From sequence record SRR22947727_2971: a DNA stretch of 34,513 bases; one strand, 5' to 3'. The notes beneath the pieces were generated by a model. That model did not search any database and was not told the origin of the DNA. It saw only the letters and a program-made list of their open reading frames with translations. The position numbers and the translations under genes are program-made. Shown here piece after piece: positions 1 through 9,000 of the stretch. Position 1 is the first letter of the stretch; every line of letters begins with the position of its first letter.

Positions 1-26
1 AAACCCACTCCTAGGAGTGGGTTTTT
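1..26. terminator. Intrinsic terminator-like palindrome, probably bidirectional, downstream of tRNA-Phe
   Basis: AAACCCACTCCT-AGGAGTGGGTTT (1..24) is a perfect inverted repeat whose right end runs into T5 (22..26). It lies just past the tRNA 3' end and is cut by the window edge. Confidence 0.75.
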
Positions 27-36
27 GTGCTTTAAG

Positions 37-109
37 TGGTGCCTCCAGGAATCGAACCAGGGACACATGGATTTTCAGTCCATTGCTCTACCAACTGAGC
101 TAAGGCACC
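37..109 (-). tRNA. tRNA-Phe (GAA), 73 nt, CCA not encoded
   Basis: Reverse complement GGTGCCTTAGCTCAGTTGGTAGAGCAATGGACTGAAAATCCATGTGTCCCTGGTTCGATTCCTGGAGGCACCA. Acceptor stem GGTGCCT/AGGCACC, D arm, anticodon loop CT-GAA-AA, T-loop GGTTCGATTCC. Confidence 0.98.
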
Positions 110-126
110 ATGCTATTAAGCGGATG

Positions 127-157
127 CAAATATAATTTCTAATTTAGGATATACAAA
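127..157 (-). promoter_or_regulatory. Bacteroidota primary-sigma promoter for tRNA-Phe
   Basis: Minus strand TTTG (157..154), 19-nt spacer, TATATTTG (134..127). Full match to the -33/-7 consensus TTTG-N19-21-TAnnTTTG. Confidence 0.8.
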
Positions 158-196
158 CAAAAAGAGAAAAAAAGGCAATTGTTTTTTTAGATTTCA

Positions 197-204
197 CATC
201 TTTG
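197..204 (+). promoter_or_regulatory. Candidate -7 element for the coaX operon
   Basis: CATCTTTG (one mismatch to TAnnTTTG) ends 4 nt before the ATG at 209 and is divergent from the tRNA promoter. Confidence 0.5.
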
Positions 205-208
205 TAGC

Positions 209-937
209 ATGAAACTAGTGCTAGACATAGGTAATACCTTTGGTAAGTTGGTGGTCTACAGGCAAGAAGATGAGGTGTTTAGAGCTCAATTTGAGCACAA
301 AGACATGTACACAACACTTATTGGTTTGTTTTTTGATTTTCCAGGTATAAAACAGGCTATTTTGTGCTCTGTAGTCGTTGTTGATTCAAAAATTCGTCTT
401 TTTTTGAAGGAAAAAACAATTCTTTTGGAGGTGAATAATGAAATGAAGCTACCATTTGAAAACAAATATGAGACCCCAGAAACTCTAGGGGCAGACCGAA
501 TTGGTCTGGTAGCTGCAGCTGCCTTCAAATACCCAGGTAAAAACTGTTTGGTGGTAGACGCGGGCAGTTGTGTGACCTATGATTTTATTTCATCAGATGG
601 AATCTACCGGGGTGGCGCTATTTCCCCAGGGTTACAAATGCGTTTTAAAGCCATGCATGATTATACAAACAAATTGCCATTTGTTACTTTAAATGAGGCA
701 TTTATTGCCCTAGGCACAAATACTCAGAACAGCATTTTAGCTGGAGCTGTCAATGGATTGGTCTTTGAAATAGAAGGTTGGCAAAGCAGTTTTGGGAGTA
801 CACATAAAGATTTAACACTTATTTTAACAGGTGGAGACGCACAATTCTTGTCTAAACGACTAAAAAATACCATATTTGCCCATTCTAATTTTCTGGTACA
901 AGGCTTATGCCAATTGCTTGATTATAACACGCTTTAG
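209..937 (+). CDS. coaX: Type III pantothenate kinase
   Basis: N-terminal LDIGNT, LGADR, VVDAGSCVTYD, GGAISPG and LTGGDA motifs; 242 aa. Confidence 0.95.
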   Translation: MKLVLDIGNTFGKLVVYRQEDEVFRAQFEHKDMYTTLIGLFFDFPGIKQAILCSVVVVDSKIRLFLKEKTILLEVNNEMKLPFENKYETPETLGADRIGLVAAAAFKYPGKNCLVVDAGSCVTYDFISSDGIYRGGAISPGLQMRFKAMHDYTNKLPFVTLNEAFIALGTNTQNSILAGAVNGLVFEIEGWQSSFGSTHKDLTLILTGGDAQFLSKRLKNTIFAHSNFLVQGLCQLLDYNTL

Positions 938-2203
938 ATGTTTAAAAAGTTATTTTTCACCCTTGTTATTTGTCTATTTATAAAAACTAACGCCCAAGAC
1001 GGCACGGTTTCTCCCTATTCATATTTTGGTTTGGGCACTTTTAATCCTGCGAATACGGTGGAGAACAATGCCATGGGGGGGTTAAGTATCTATGGGGATT
1101 CCATTCATGTAAACCTTCAGAACCCAGCTTCTTATGGTCTCTTGAAGCTCACCACTTATACTGTGGGTGTTTCTCACCGTAGAATGGCCTTGACTTCAGA
1201 TACCCAAGAAAAAAGCACTGCCTTAACAGCTATTGATTATTTGTCTGTAGCTATGCCCATAGCGGAAAACATTGGTATTGGTTTTGGTATTACACCAGTT
1301 ACCTCTATGGGGTATATTTTAAATTCTAGCGCAGAAAATGCCAATGGTGAAACCATTACAAATGTTTTCTCAGGAGACGGAGGGCTCAGTAAAATATATT
1401 TCTCATTAGGTGCTGCGCCAATAAAAAACTTTACGGTAGGGGCTTCTGCCTTTGCTAATTTTGGGACTGTAAATAAAGAAAGGGTACAGTCTTTGAGTTC
1501 TGTATTGTTTGGAACCATAGACCGAAGAACTTCAAGAATGAATGGTTTTAATTTTCAGATGGCGGCCAATTACATGCCAAATATTACAGATAAACTGACT
1601 TTGTACACTTCTTTTGTTCATACAACAGGGTTGGACTTGAAAGCGAGTAATACGCAACAAGTAGGTTCGCTCTCATTGGTTAATGGGTCAGAATTAGAAG
1701 TCTCTGACTTAGACCTGGAGGCCGCCAATTTAAAAAACAATACCGTTAAAATTCCCTCTGTTACAACTTTAGGTCTTGGGATAGGAGAAAACAAAAAATG
1801 GCTACTAGGGGCCTCTTATACCATTCAGGAGATGGGTAGTTTTAGCAGTACTTTTCTAAGCCAATCAAATGTGGCATATTCTGAAGCATCTACCCTTAGG
1901 GTGGGCGGTTATTATGTGCCTGATTACGCTCCATTCGCTTCATTTTTTAAGAGAGCGACTTATCGCTTTGGAATTAGATTAGTCAATACAGGGATGCAGG
2001 TAAACAATCAGGCTATTAAAGATTTTGGCACAAATATTGGTGTAGGTTTACCAATGGGAGGCACTTTTTCTAATTTGAACATCGGGATTGAAATGGGTGC
2101 TTTAGGTACCTCAAAGGCCGGTTTGATTAAAGAAAATTACTTGAGCCTTCGCGTTGGACTCTCATTAAATGACAGATGGTTCTTGAAAAGAAAAATAAAT
2201 TAA
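938..2203 (+). CDS. Outer-membrane beta-barrel, FadL-like (possible Bacteroidota BamG ortholog)
   Basis: Signal peptide, SPYSYFGLG and NPASY motifs, amphipathic beta-strands, C-terminal LSLNDRWF. Start codon abuts the coaX stop. Confidence 0.7.
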   Translation: MFKKLFFTLVICLFIKTNAQDGTVSPYSYFGLGTFNPANTVENNAMGGLSIYGDSIHVNLQNPASYGLLKLTTYTVGVSHRRMALTSDTQEKSTALTAIDYLSVAMPIAENIGIGFGITPVTSMGYILNSSAENANGETITNVFSGDGGLSKIYFSLGAAPIKNFTVGASAFANFGTVNKERVQSLSSVLFGTIDRRTSRMNGFNFQMAANYMPNITDKLTLYTSFVHTTGLDLKASNTQQVGSLSLVNGSELEVSDLDLEAANLKNNTVKIPSVTTLGLGIGENKKWLLGASYTIQEMGSFSSTFLSQSNVAYSEASTLRVGGYYVPDYAPFASFFKRATYRFGIRLVNTGMQVNNQAIKDFGTNIGVGLPMGGTFSNLNIGIEMGALGTSKAGLIKENYLSLRVGLSLNDRWFLKRKIN

Positions 2204-2252
2204 TTATTTTTAGCCCTTATTTTTATAATTAACCACAATACATAACACCACC

Positions 2253-3617
2253 ATGAAAAAGAAACTGCACATATTGACCATAGCCCTAATTGGTTTCGTT
2301 GGCGTTTTTAAATTACAGGCGCAAGACTGTGCAACCAATTTATCTATCTACTCAGAATTTGTAAAAGTGAAAAATTACGATTCAGCCTATGAGCCATGGA
2401 AGATAGTATACGAGGCGTGTCCAGAATTAAATCCTGCTAACTTTGTGTACGGGGAACGAATTTTAAAGTATAAAATTCAAAATAGCGCAGGAGATGAAAA
2501 GAAAGCTTTTGTAGATCAGTTACTTGCTTTGTATCCAAAATACAGAGAAATCTTCCCTGAAAGAGAGGCTTTGGCAGACATGCTTATTGACCAAGCCATG
2601 TTAAAAAATGACGAGAAGATTGCCACTACAGAAGAAATTTTCTCGATTTTAGACCAGGCATTTAACCAAGACCGTATTCATTTTACTAATGCGAAAGCAC
2701 TTTATGTGTATTTTTCATACTTAGTAGATTTGAATGCTGCGGGTATAAAAGATTTAGACGCTGTGTTTGAGACATATGATCAGGTAGGTTCTAAAATAGA
2801 AGAAGAAGTAGAGTCTCTTAATCAAATGGTAAACAAATTACAGGCCAAAGAAGATGCTGGTAATATATCTTCTAGAGAAAAAAGACAATTATCGATTGCA
2901 GAGAGTAAATCAGAAACTTTTGTAAAGATCAATGAAAGTATAGACACCAAGCTGGGGAATTTAGCCAACTGTGAAAACTTAATTCCGCTTTACGAGAAGA
3001 ATTTTGAAGAAAAGAAAACTGATGTAAAATGGGTTAAATCTGCTGTAGGTAGAATGTACAGCAAAGAGTGTACTGAAGACCCATTATTTGTTAAATTAGT
3101 TGAAGCCCAAAACGCTTTAGACCCAACTTCAGATACGTATTTTTATTTGGGCTTACTTAAAATGAATGCAAGAAATAGCCAAGGAGCTGTAGCAGACTTT
3201 AATAAGGCGGTAAGTTTAGAGTCTGACACTAAAAAGAAAGCCAACATACTTTATAAAATTGCCACAATTTATAAGAAGGGCAATAAGAGTTTGGCCAGAA
3301 ACTACGCTCAGAAATCTATAGACAATAATCCTTCAATGGGAAAAGCTTATTTACTCATTGCTGGATTGTACGCAGAATCTGCTAACGAATGTGGAAGCAC
3401 TACTTTTGAGAAAAGAGCCATTTATTGGAAGGCAGCTGAAGTGGCTAAAAAAGCAGCTCGTGTAGACTTATCTCTAAGAAGTAGGGCAAACCAAACGATT
3501 GAACGTTATATGGCATTAGCGCCATCTAAAACAGATATTTTCTCTTCAGGTTTGGCGGGAAAAACAGTTACTTTTAACTGCTGGGTAGGTGGTAGCGTTG
3601 CGGTGCCAAACCTATAA
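2253..3617 (+). CDS. Exported helical TPR-like protein
   Basis: Signal peptide ending AQ, TPR-like helices (YFYLG...AVADFNKAVSL; KAYLLIAGLY), six Cys in the mature part. Confidence 0.75.
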   Translation: MKKKLHILTIALIGFVGVFKLQAQDCATNLSIYSEFVKVKNYDSAYEPWKIVYEACPELNPANFVYGERILKYKIQNSAGDEKKAFVDQLLALYPKYREIFPEREALADMLIDQAMLKNDEKIATTEEIFSILDQAFNQDRIHFTNAKALYVYFSYLVDLNAAGIKDLDAVFETYDQVGSKIEEEVESLNQMVNKLQAKEDAGNISSREKRQLSIAESKSETFVKINESIDTKLGNLANCENLIPLYEKNFEEKKTDVKWVKSAVGRMYSKECTEDPLFVKLVEAQNALDPTSDTYFYLGLLKMNARNSQGAVADFNKAVSLESDTKKKANILYKIATIYKKGNKSLARNYAQKSIDNNPSMGKAYLLIAGLYAESANECGSTTFEKRAIYWKAAEVAKKAARVDLSLRSRANQTIERYMALAPSKTDIFSSGLAGKTVTFNCWVGGSVAVPNL

Positions 3618-4253
3618 ATGAAAGACATTAAGACCTTTAAGGATTTAAAAAGTATTGCCATTACATTTGTAACGGCAATACTTTTTTTTAGTTGTAATTC
3701 AAATGAAGGGACAGTTGTTTTTGAAGACCCAAAGGTGTCTCCTCAGGGGGTAGCGGAAAATTTTATATTGTATTATACTGAAACAGCTGAGTTTTCTGAA
3801 ATACCGATGGAAGTGGCCATGGGCGGGGCATTAAAAAAAGATGCCAGGCTTATTGCTATTTTGAGGAGTTCAAAAAGTATGGATTACCAACATTTGGCAT
3901 TCCCATACAGGACTTTTCCAGATGGACTCGTTTTGGAGGTGTTTGATTCAAAAGGCAAGAAAAGCGTGGTTAAATCCGATTATGGGATTATTTATTCTGC
4001 TACAAATGTAATAGATTTGAGGGGTAATGTGGTCATTACTACACATGACGGGAAGCAGTTGGAAACCCCACAATTATACTATGATCAAATAGGAGAATGG
4101 ATTTTTACCGAAGAAAAATTCACCTATACCAATCCAGAAAACCAAACCATTATGGATGGAAAAGGTATGGACTTTAATAGAGATTTTAGTTTTTTAAATG
4201 CCCACAAAACTTTTGGGTATATGACCATTAAAGATACAGAAAGCGATGATTAG
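3618..4253 (+). CDS. lptC: LPS export ABC transporter periplasmic protein LptC (lipoprotein-type N-terminus)
   Basis: Lipobox-like FFSC, FPDGL, IDLRGNVVI, LETPQLYYDQ and GKGMD jelly-roll motifs typical of Bacteroidota LptC. Confidence 0.85.
   Translation: MKDIKTFKDLKSIAITFVTAILFFSCNSNEGTVVFEDPKVSPQGVAENFILYYTETAEFSEIPMEVAMGGALKKDARLIAILRSSKSMDYQHLAFPYRTFPDGLVLEVFDSKGKKSVVKSDYGIIYSATNVIDLRGNVVITTHDGKQLETPQLYYDQIGEWIFTEEKFTYTNPENQTIMDGKGMDFNRDFSFLNAHKTFGYMTIKDTESDD
3647..3689 (+). terminator. Terminator-like hairpin embedded in the lptC signal-peptide codons
   Basis: AAAAAGTATTGCC-A-TTACA-TT-TGTAA-C-GGCAATACTTTTT: 18 of 19 positions complementary, then T8 (3682..3689). It starts about 30 nt after the TPR gene stop. 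Confidence 0.7.
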
Positions 4254-4449
4254 AATTTTAAAATATACCGAGTACTTATATTTAATAGTGGCTGTTTTCT
4301 CCCTAGTTAAAGTGATCAAGCTTTGGGGAAGTTCATTAGAGGAAATAGGTATTTTCTTGCTCTTTGGTGCTGTTTCAATTGGGATGTTCTTCTTTAGAAG
4401 AAATTACAGGTTGAAATTTGAAAAAAGACAAAACGAAAATAAAAAATAG
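4246..4449 (+). CDS. Small two-TM membrane protein with basic C-terminal tail
   Basis: 67 aa, two hydrophobic helices, RRNYRLKFEKR tail. Overlaps both the lptC end and the next start codon. Confidence 0.7.
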   Translation: MIRILKYTEYLYLIVAVFSLVKVIKLWGSSLEEIGIFLLFGAVSIGMFFFRRNYRLKFEKRQNENKK

Positions 4450-5738
4450 TGGACTCAGACGTCATAATTATTGTAGTATCTCTCTTCTTTTCCGCCTTTT
4501 TTTCTGGGATGGAGATTGCTTTTATTTCAGCGAATAAAATTCATATTGAGATAGAAAAAAAACAAGAGGGGTTTCTGTCTAAAATCCTGACTAGGTTAAC
4601 CAAAAGACCTTCGAAATTCATCGCTACCATGTTGATTGGTAATAATGTAGCCTTGGTTATATACGGTTTATTTATGGGAGACTTACTCATGGGACTATTT
4701 AAAAAATGGGCACCTTTAACATCTCCAGCATTAAGTTTATTTTTTACAGACTTTAGTTTACTTACACAAACGGTAATTTCTACGCTAGTTATTTTACTCA
4801 CGGCAGAATTTTTGCCTAAAGTACTGTTTCAGATTTATGCCAATACTTTGATCAAGGCCCTAGCATTTCCAGCCTATGTGTTTTATTTTATTTTTTCACA
4901 GGTATCTAATTTTGTGATCTTTATTTCAGATTTGATTTTAAGGGTGATTTTTAAAACTTCTGGAGATTCAGTTCCATTGGCCTTTAGTAAATTGGAAATT
5001 GGCGACTATATTACGGAGCAAATGGAGGCAGTTGCGACCGAGGACGAGGTAGATTCGGAAATTCAAATATTTCAAAATGCGTTAGAATTCTCTGCAGTAA
5101 AAGCTAGAGATGTAATGGTGCCAAGGACAGATTTGTGCGCAGTGGAAATAAATGAAAGTCCAAAGAATTTAGTGAAGATTTTTACAGAGACAGGATTTTC
5201 AAAATTGTTGGTGTACAAAGATACCATAGACAATATTATTGGCTACGTTCATTCCTATGAGCTTTTTAAAAAGCCCCAAACGATTAAGAGCATGCTTTTG
5301 CCTATTGAGTATGTGCCAGAGACCATGTTAATTAATGATATATTGAATGTACTGACCAAGAAGAGAAAGAGCATAGCCATTGTATTGGATGAGTACGGAG
5401 GAACTTCAGGGATGGTTACCGTAGAGGACATTGTAGAGGAATTGTTTGGAGAAATAGAAGACGAGCATGACAGCACAGACTTAATTGAAGAACAATTGTC
5501 TGAAAACACCTATAAATTCTCTGCAAGACTAGAAGTGGATTATCTCAATGAAACCTATCATTTAGATCTTGAAGAGCGAGACGAATACGGTACTTTGGGT
5601 GGGTTAATTGTTCATGTGACAGGCGAGATTCCTACCTTAAATGAAAGTATTATTATTGGCTTTTATTGTTTTACTATTTTGGAGGTTTCAGGTAATAAAA
5701 TAGATTTGGTCTCTTTAGAGGTGCTTGAAAAGGAATAA
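4449..5738 (+). CDS. Hemolysin-family / CNNM (DUF21)-CBS-CorC membrane protein, probable Mg2+/Co2+ transport
   Basis: SAFFSGMEIAF, ATMLIGNN, AEFLPK, VMVPR, VLDEYGGTSGMVTVEDIVEELFGEIEDEHD, TLGGL. GTG start. Confidence 0.9.
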   Translation: MDSDVIIIVVSLFFSAFFSGMEIAFISANKIHIEIEKKQEGFLSKILTRLTKRPSKFIATMLIGNNVALVIYGLFMGDLLMGLFKKWAPLTSPALSLFFTDFSLLTQTVISTLVILLTAEFLPKVLFQIYANTLIKALAFPAYVFYFIFSQVSNFVIFISDLILRVIFKTSGDSVPLAFSKLEIGDYITEQMEAVATEDEVDSEIQIFQNALEFSAVKARDVMVPRTDLCAVEINESPKNLVKIFTETGFSKLLVYKDTIDNIIGYVHSYELFKKPQTIKSMLLPIEYVPETMLINDILNVLTKKRKSIAIVLDEYGGTSGMVTVEDIVEELFGEIEDEHDSTDLIEEQLSENTYKFSARLEVDYLNETYHLDLEERDEYGTLGGLIVHVTGEIPTLNESIIIGFYCFTILEVSGNKIDLVSLEVLEKE

Positions 5739-5830
5739 AGCACTTTATAAAAGTTTAAAAATTAGAAGAAGCGAATAAAATTTAAAAAGAAAATGGTATT
5801 TTCGCCAACTGATTAAAAGATATTTAGAAA

Positions 5831-7951
5831 ATGGCAGTATTAGAAAAAATAAGACAGAGAACCACTGTGTTAATCCTTATCATTGGATTGGCGTTATTTG
5901 CTTTTGTAATTTCAGGAGTATTTACCAATAGCGGAAGCGGATCTCCTATGGGAGGATCAGCCATTGGAAGTGTCAATGGAGAAGAGATTTCTATAGATGA
6001 CTTTCGTCAAAAGTTAGAAGTTGCTGCCCAAAGGGCGGGAAGCCAAGCAACCACTGTTCAATTGGTGAACCAAGTTTGGAATTCATCCTTAAGAACAAGT
6101 TTGCTAAATCAAGAAATTGAAGATTTGGGTATCTCAGTAGAAGGAGATCAGATCATGAATTTTATAAAGAATACACCATCTTATTCAAACCAACCAGAGT
6201 TTCAAGATGAGAACGGTATTTTTAGTGAATCTTTGTTCATTGCTGCAGTTGCAGATTGGAAAGCCAATAACCCTTACAGATATTCTCTTTGGTTGCAAGA
6301 CGAATTAGCCATTATGCAGTCTGCTAAAGAACAAATGTATTTTAACCTAGTTAAGGCAGGCGTTGGAACTACCTTGGAAGAGGGTAAATTTGACTATAAA
6401 TTAGCGAATGACAAGGTAGATATCTCTTATGTGAGAATGCCTTTCTCTGCTGTGCCAGATACAACCATCACAGTAACTGCTGGAGAGATTGAATCTTACA
6501 TCAGTAAAAATCCAGCTTTATTCAAGCAGGAGCCAGCAAGAGATATTCGTTTGGTTTACTTTGAGGAGAAAGCATCTAAAGAAGACGAACAGGCCGTAAA
6601 AGACGCTGTAGTTGGTTTGCTTTCAGACACAGAGGAGTACAATGAAAACACAGGAACTACTGAGAAAGTAGCTGGTTTTCTAAACACAACAGATTTAGGG
6701 GCGTTTTTAGAACGCAACTCAGACACTACTTACGATACTATTTTTAGGGCTAAGAATGAAATTGTGAGCACTTTTAAAGACTCAATTATCAGTTTAAATC
6801 CAGGACAAACTTTTGGGCCTTACAAAGAAAATAATGCTTACAATGTATCTAAGCTAGTCGCTAAAAAAAATAATGGTACCGTAAAAGCATCTCATATTTT
6901 AATTTCTTTTGTTGGAGCTGAGCGTGTAAGCCCAACTGTAACAAGAACAAAAGAGGAAGCAAGAAAAGAGGCCAACAGATTGCTTATAGAAGCTAAAAAA
7001 TCAACTACTGTTTTTGCTGAATTGGCCAGAGATAATTCAGATGGACCTACAGCTTCAAGAGGTGGAGATTTAGGCTTTTTCCAAGAAGGACAAATGACAC
7101 CAAAATTCAATGATTTTGTGTTTTCTAATAGCGTAGAGGCTATTGGATTGGTTGAAACAGAATTTGGTTTCCATATTGTTAGGGTAGACGACAAACAGGA
7201 TATTTTCCAAATTGCTACGCTGAGTAGAGATATTGCTCCTTCTGAGCAAACAATCAATACCATTTTCACTCAAGCGACCAAGTTTGAAATGGAGGTTACT
7301 GAAAAACCTAAAGAATATGTAGGTATTGCCAAAGAAGGTAACTTTGACGTAAGAAGTGTCAATAAGTTATTGGCTATGGATGAAAATCTTCCTGGTCTTG
7401 CTGCACAAAGAGGGGTAGTTCAATGGGCCTTTAACGAAGACACAGATTTAGGTGCTATTAAAAGATTTAATGTAAACAATGGTTATGCCATTGTGCAACT
7501 TACAGCCAGATACCGTTCAGGAACCATGACTGTTGCAGATGCTTCTGCTACAGCGCTTCCAATCTTGAGAAAGGAAAAGAAAGCCGCTTGGATTCTTAAG
7601 AATAAAGGAGGCAATACACTTGAGTCTTTTGCAGCCGCTTCAGGACAATCAGTAGAAACAGCTTCTGCATTAAGCGTGAAGAGCCCGATTATTCCTGGTG
7701 CAGGTAGAGAAGCTTATGTGGTAGGTAAGGCCTTTAATTTAACTGAAGGAGCCACCTCATCTTTGCTAGTAGGGGAGACAGGTGTATTCTTGGTACAGCT
7801 CAATAAAAAACAAGAAGCCGTTGCGTTAGATAGCTATGCTACTTACGCAGAAGCGCTTAAGGCAGGAACCCAAAACAGTATATTTTTTAGTAGTTATAAT
7901 GCCTTAAAAGAAACAGCCACTATTGAAGACAACAGGGCAGTTTTCTATTAG
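5831..7951 (+). CDS. ppiD: Membrane-anchored periplasmic chaperone/PPIase (SurA_N + parvulin; PpiD-like)
   Basis: MAVLEKIR plus TM anchor, VNGEEI, and parvulin motifs ASHILI, FAELARDNSD, GGDLGFF, ETEFGFHIV. Confidence 0.85.
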   Translation: MAVLEKIRQRTTVLILIIGLALFAFVISGVFTNSGSGSPMGGSAIGSVNGEEISIDDFRQKLEVAAQRAGSQATTVQLVNQVWNSSLRTSLLNQEIEDLGISVEGDQIMNFIKNTPSYSNQPEFQDENGIFSESLFIAAVADWKANNPYRYSLWLQDELAIMQSAKEQMYFNLVKAGVGTTLEEGKFDYKLANDKVDISYVRMPFSAVPDTTITVTAGEIESYISKNPALFKQEPARDIRLVYFEEKASKEDEQAVKDAVVGLLSDTEEYNENTGTTEKVAGFLNTTDLGAFLERNSDTTYDTIFRAKNEIVSTFKDSIISLNPGQTFGPYKENNAYNVSKLVAKKNNGTVKASHILISFVGAERVSPTVTRTKEEARKEANRLLIEAKKSTTVFAELARDNSDGPTASRGGDLGFFQEGQMTPKFNDFVFSNSVEAIGLVETEFGFHIVRVDDKQDIFQIATLSRDIAPSEQTINTIFTQATKFEMEVTEKPKEYVGIAKEGNFDVRSVNKLLAMDENLPGLAAQRGVVQWAFNEDTDLGAIKRFNVNNGYAIVQLTARYRSGTMTVADASATALPILRKEKKAAWILKNKGGNTLESFAAASGQSVETASALSVKSPIIPGAGREAYVVGKAFNLTEGATSSLLVGETGVFLVQLNKKQEAVALDSYATYAEALKAGTQNSIFFSSYNALKETATIEDNRAVFY

Positions 7952-7971
7952 TAGAAAGCACACAAATTGAT

Positions 7972-8003
7972 AAAAAAAAGCGGCCTTTAGGCCGCTTTTT
8001 TTT
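7972..8003. terminator. Bidirectional intrinsic terminator
   Basis: A8-GCGGCCT-TT-AGGCCGC-T8 between the convergent ppiD and GHMP kinase genes. Confidence 0.93.
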
Positions 8004-8022
8004 ATAGGATTATTGCTGCGAA

Positions 8023-9000
8023 TTAACCTATCATTTCAGTATAATACAAGCTGGTTGGGTATCCTTTCTCTAAAAAATACTCTTTTATTTCAGCGGGCGA
8101 CAACGTCTCTGAGACTGCCATAATAAAATCGCCTCCCCAACCTCCAAGGCTTTTTACAGCGCCTTTAAAGTCTTTAAACAGCCGCTCCTTGACCGGGGTC
8201 TGTTGAATGATATTTCCAATAAAAGACTCGTGAAGCCTGATGTAATTTTCGAGCTGTTTTGCGTTTTTAGCTCTGGCCAATTGAACGCTTAATTCATTGA
8301 TTTCTTTGAGACTATTTTTCAGGGAGAAGTTTGCTAACTCCTTTTGTTTTAAATAAGCACTTATAGCTTCTCTACTGTCTTGCTTGCTGTTTAAGTGTAC
8401 AAATACAGATTGTTCTTGTATTGCTTTCCCTAAAGTGATTGGCGCTATTTTTAAGGGTGTTTTTCCAGGATTAATGACAAAAGATATGGGATGTGTTGCA
8501 CCAGCACATGCAATATCATAGCCTGAACCACCCATGGTTAGGGACAACAATTCATAGGGGTTTACTTCAGCCCAGAGCGCCACATTATGAATGAGTGTAG
8601 AAGAACTTCCCAGTCCCCAATCTCTCGGAAATTCTAAGTGGGTACTTACGGAAATACCACGGCTGTTTTTTAAAAATGTGGGGTTTAGTTTTCTGGCGGT
8701 TTGTAGCAATTGAATTAAAAATTCAAGTTCGCTATTGCTGTTCTCTTCTTTGGGTTGGTCTAAAAGATCTAGAGAAAAATTGAAATCTCCCCAAATGCTC
8801 TGGTCCTTTGAGTAGGCTTTCCATTGTACACAGCCTGTTTGGGTGGATTCGAATTCAAGGTCTTGACCAAAGCGGCAAGGAATAGCAATAGCCTCTGCAC
8901 CATCTAGTACCAAATACTCACTGGTGAGCAATAGTTTTCCGTGGCTGTAGAACCTGTTGGCCAATCTATTTCTTCTGCCTGTCTCAGGAATTAGATTCAT
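8023..9000 (-). CDS. GYDIA-family GHMP kinase (mevalonate-pathway kinase)
   Basis: GKLLLTSEYLVLDGA, ATP loop FPRDWGLGSSS, GSGYDIACA, KSLGGWGGDF. ATGA overlap with the HMG-CoA reductase stop. Confidence 0.88.
   Translation of the reverse strand: MNLIPETGRRNRLANRFYSHGKLLLTSEYLVLDGAEAIAIPCRFGQDLEFESTQTGCVQWKAYSKDQSIWGDFNFSLDLLDQPKEENSNSELEFLIQLLQTARKLNPTFLKNSRGISVSTHLEFPRDWGLGSSSTLIHNVALWAEVNPYELLSLTMGGSGYDIACAGATHPISFVINPGKTPLKIAPITLGKAIQEQSVFVHLNSKQDSREAISAYLKQKELANFSLKNSLKEINELSVQLARAKNAKQLENYIRLHESFIGNIIQQTPVKERLFKDFKGAVKSLGGWGGDFIMAVSETLSPAEIKEYFLEKGYPTSLYYTEMIG

Noticed and set aside
37-109. tRNA-Phe as an integration site
   Set aside because: No integrase and no duplicated tRNA 3' end were seen; the tRNA is followed directly by its terminator.
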